Shown here one piece after another: positions 62,822 to 64,000 of a stretch of 64,000 bases of DNA (the stretch's first letter is position 1; every line of letters begins with the position of its first letter). This stretch comes from an uncultured Pelagibacteraceae bacterium. Its GTDB lineage: Bacteria; Pseudomonadota; Alphaproteobacteria; Pelagibacterales; Pelagibacteraceae. The translations under genes and the position numbers were made by a program. The notes under the pieces are model-generated. The model was not told the DNA's origin. It saw nothing but the letters and a program-made list of their open reading frames with translations, and did no database searches. Location of the stretch: the NCBI GenBank assembly GCA_902595115.1, contig CACJOS010000002.1, positions 34,378-98,377 of the forward strand. The letters are read 5' to 3'.

Positions 62822-63999
62822 TCATTAATATTATTTTTAAAATTAATATTTTTTTCAATTGAATAAGCTATATTAAGAATATTTTGTTCATCAAAAGCTT
62901 TGCCTATCACTTGAAGTCCTAAAGGGTAACCTGATTTATCGTGACCAGCCGGTATAGATATAGCTGGTAAACCTGCTAAATTAATGGGTACAGTAAATAT
63001 GTCGTTTAAGTACATTGAAACAGGGTCATTTGTTTTTTCACCAATCTTAAAAGCTGAGCTCGGGGTTGATGGTGTTAATATAGCATCAACCTTTTTATAA
63101 GCATGATCAAAATCATTTTTAATCAATCTTCTTACTTTTTGTGCTTTTAAATAATATGCATCATAATAACCAGAAGAAAGAACATATGTTCCAATCATTA
63201 TTCGTCTTTTTACTTCATCACCAAATCCTTCAGATCTCGTCTTTTCATACATGTCAATCAGATTTTTTCCCTTTGATCTAAACCCATACTTTACGCCATC
63301 GTATCTAGCTAAATTTGACGAAGCTTCTGCAGGAGCTACTATGTAATATGTTGGTAAGGCATAATTAGTGTTTGGTAAATTAATTTCAATTATTTCTCCT
63401 CCATTGTCCTCGATTATTTTCATACCTTTTTTCCAGAGTTCGTCTATTTCTTTTGGCATTCCGTCAACTCTATATTGCTTAGGTATTCCTATTTTTTTTC
63501 CTTTAATATTTTCATTAAGATCTTTTAAATATTGGCCTCTTTTAAAATCAACAGATGTTGAGTCTTTATTGTCATAAGAACTAATAACTTCCAGCATCAA
63601 AGCAGAATCCTTAACGTTTTGAGTCATTGGACCAGCCTGATCTAAAGAGGATGCAAAAGCTACTACGCCATACCTTGAGCAGCTTCCATATGTTGGTTTT
63701 AGTCCAACTGTACCAGTGAAAGAGGCTGGTTGTCTTATTGAACCGCCAGTGTCTGTACCTATTGTAGCAGGTGTTAACTTTGCAGCAAGAGCTGAAGATG
63801 AACCACCAGATGAACCTCCTGGAACTAAATTTTCAGATATAGGATTTTGTACATTTCCAAAAAAACTAGTTTCATTAGACGATCCCATTGCAAATTCATC
63901 GCAATTCAATTTTCCAATGATAATGCCCCCTTCATCTAAAATATTTTGCGTAACAGTCGATTCATATGTTGGAAAAAAATTTTCTAAAATTTTACTTCC
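62806..63999 (-). CDS. gatA: Asp/Glu-tRNA amidotransferase subunit A (partial, 5' end outside window)
   Basis: [40 protein letters not shown]; frame open to window edge. Confidence 0.97.
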   Translation of the reverse strand, partial: GSKILENFFPTYESTVTQNILDEGGIIIGKLNCDEFAMGSSNETSFFGNVQNPISENLVPGGSSGGSSSALAAKLTPATIGTDTGGSIRQPASFTGTVGLKPTYGSCSRYGVVAFASSLDQAGPMTQNVKDSALMLEVISSYDNKDSTSVDFKRGQYLKDLNENIKGKKIGIPKQYRVDGMPKEIDELWKKGMKIIEDNGGEIIEINLPNTNYALPTYYIVAPAEASSNLARYDGVKYGFRSKGKNLIDMYEKTRSEGFGDEVKRRIMIGTYVLSSGYYDAYYLKAQKVRRLIKNDFDHAYKKVDAILTPSTPSSAFKIGEKTNDPVSMYLNDIFTVPINLAGLPAISIPAGHDKSGYPLGLQVIGKAFDEQNILNIAYSIEKNINFKNNINDWWIN

Positions 64000-64000
64000 A

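Overview
Very AT-rich, tightly packed alphaproteobacterial chromosome. Gene content, gene order and overlapping start/stop codons point to SAR11/Pelagibacterales (inference). Most of the window is housekeeping: cell wall, tmk-holB-metG-tatD, nhaA, hom/argC, rplM-rpsI, metY, plsX, hppA, the riboflavin cluster, glyA, the spoT-pyrE-pdxJ-acpS-lepB-rnc-recO run, soxBDAG and gatAB, plus tRNA-Pro(TGG), tRNA-Glu(TTC) and tRNA-Ser(GCT). The accessory-looking parts are the 3' end of a probable restriction-modification methyltransferase at the left edge and a surface-glycan cassette after tRNA-Glu (about 13.8-19.3 kb). The top candidate system is a lone Cre-like tyrosine recombinase (19295-20248). A 14-7-14 lox/dif-like inverted repeat sits 3 bp upstream of its start codon (20252-20286), where gene polarity flips from mostly + to mostly -. 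All three GGGNAGGG (KOPS) octamers found by eye point towards it. This suggests a single-recombinase, XerS/difSL-like chromosome dimer resolution module at the replication terminus. Also notable are a GC-rich structured RNA of about 180 nt in front of an MGMT gene and a coupled O-methyltransferase/trhO pair that may make mo5U34 in tRNA. All calls come from reading the sequence; no searches were run.
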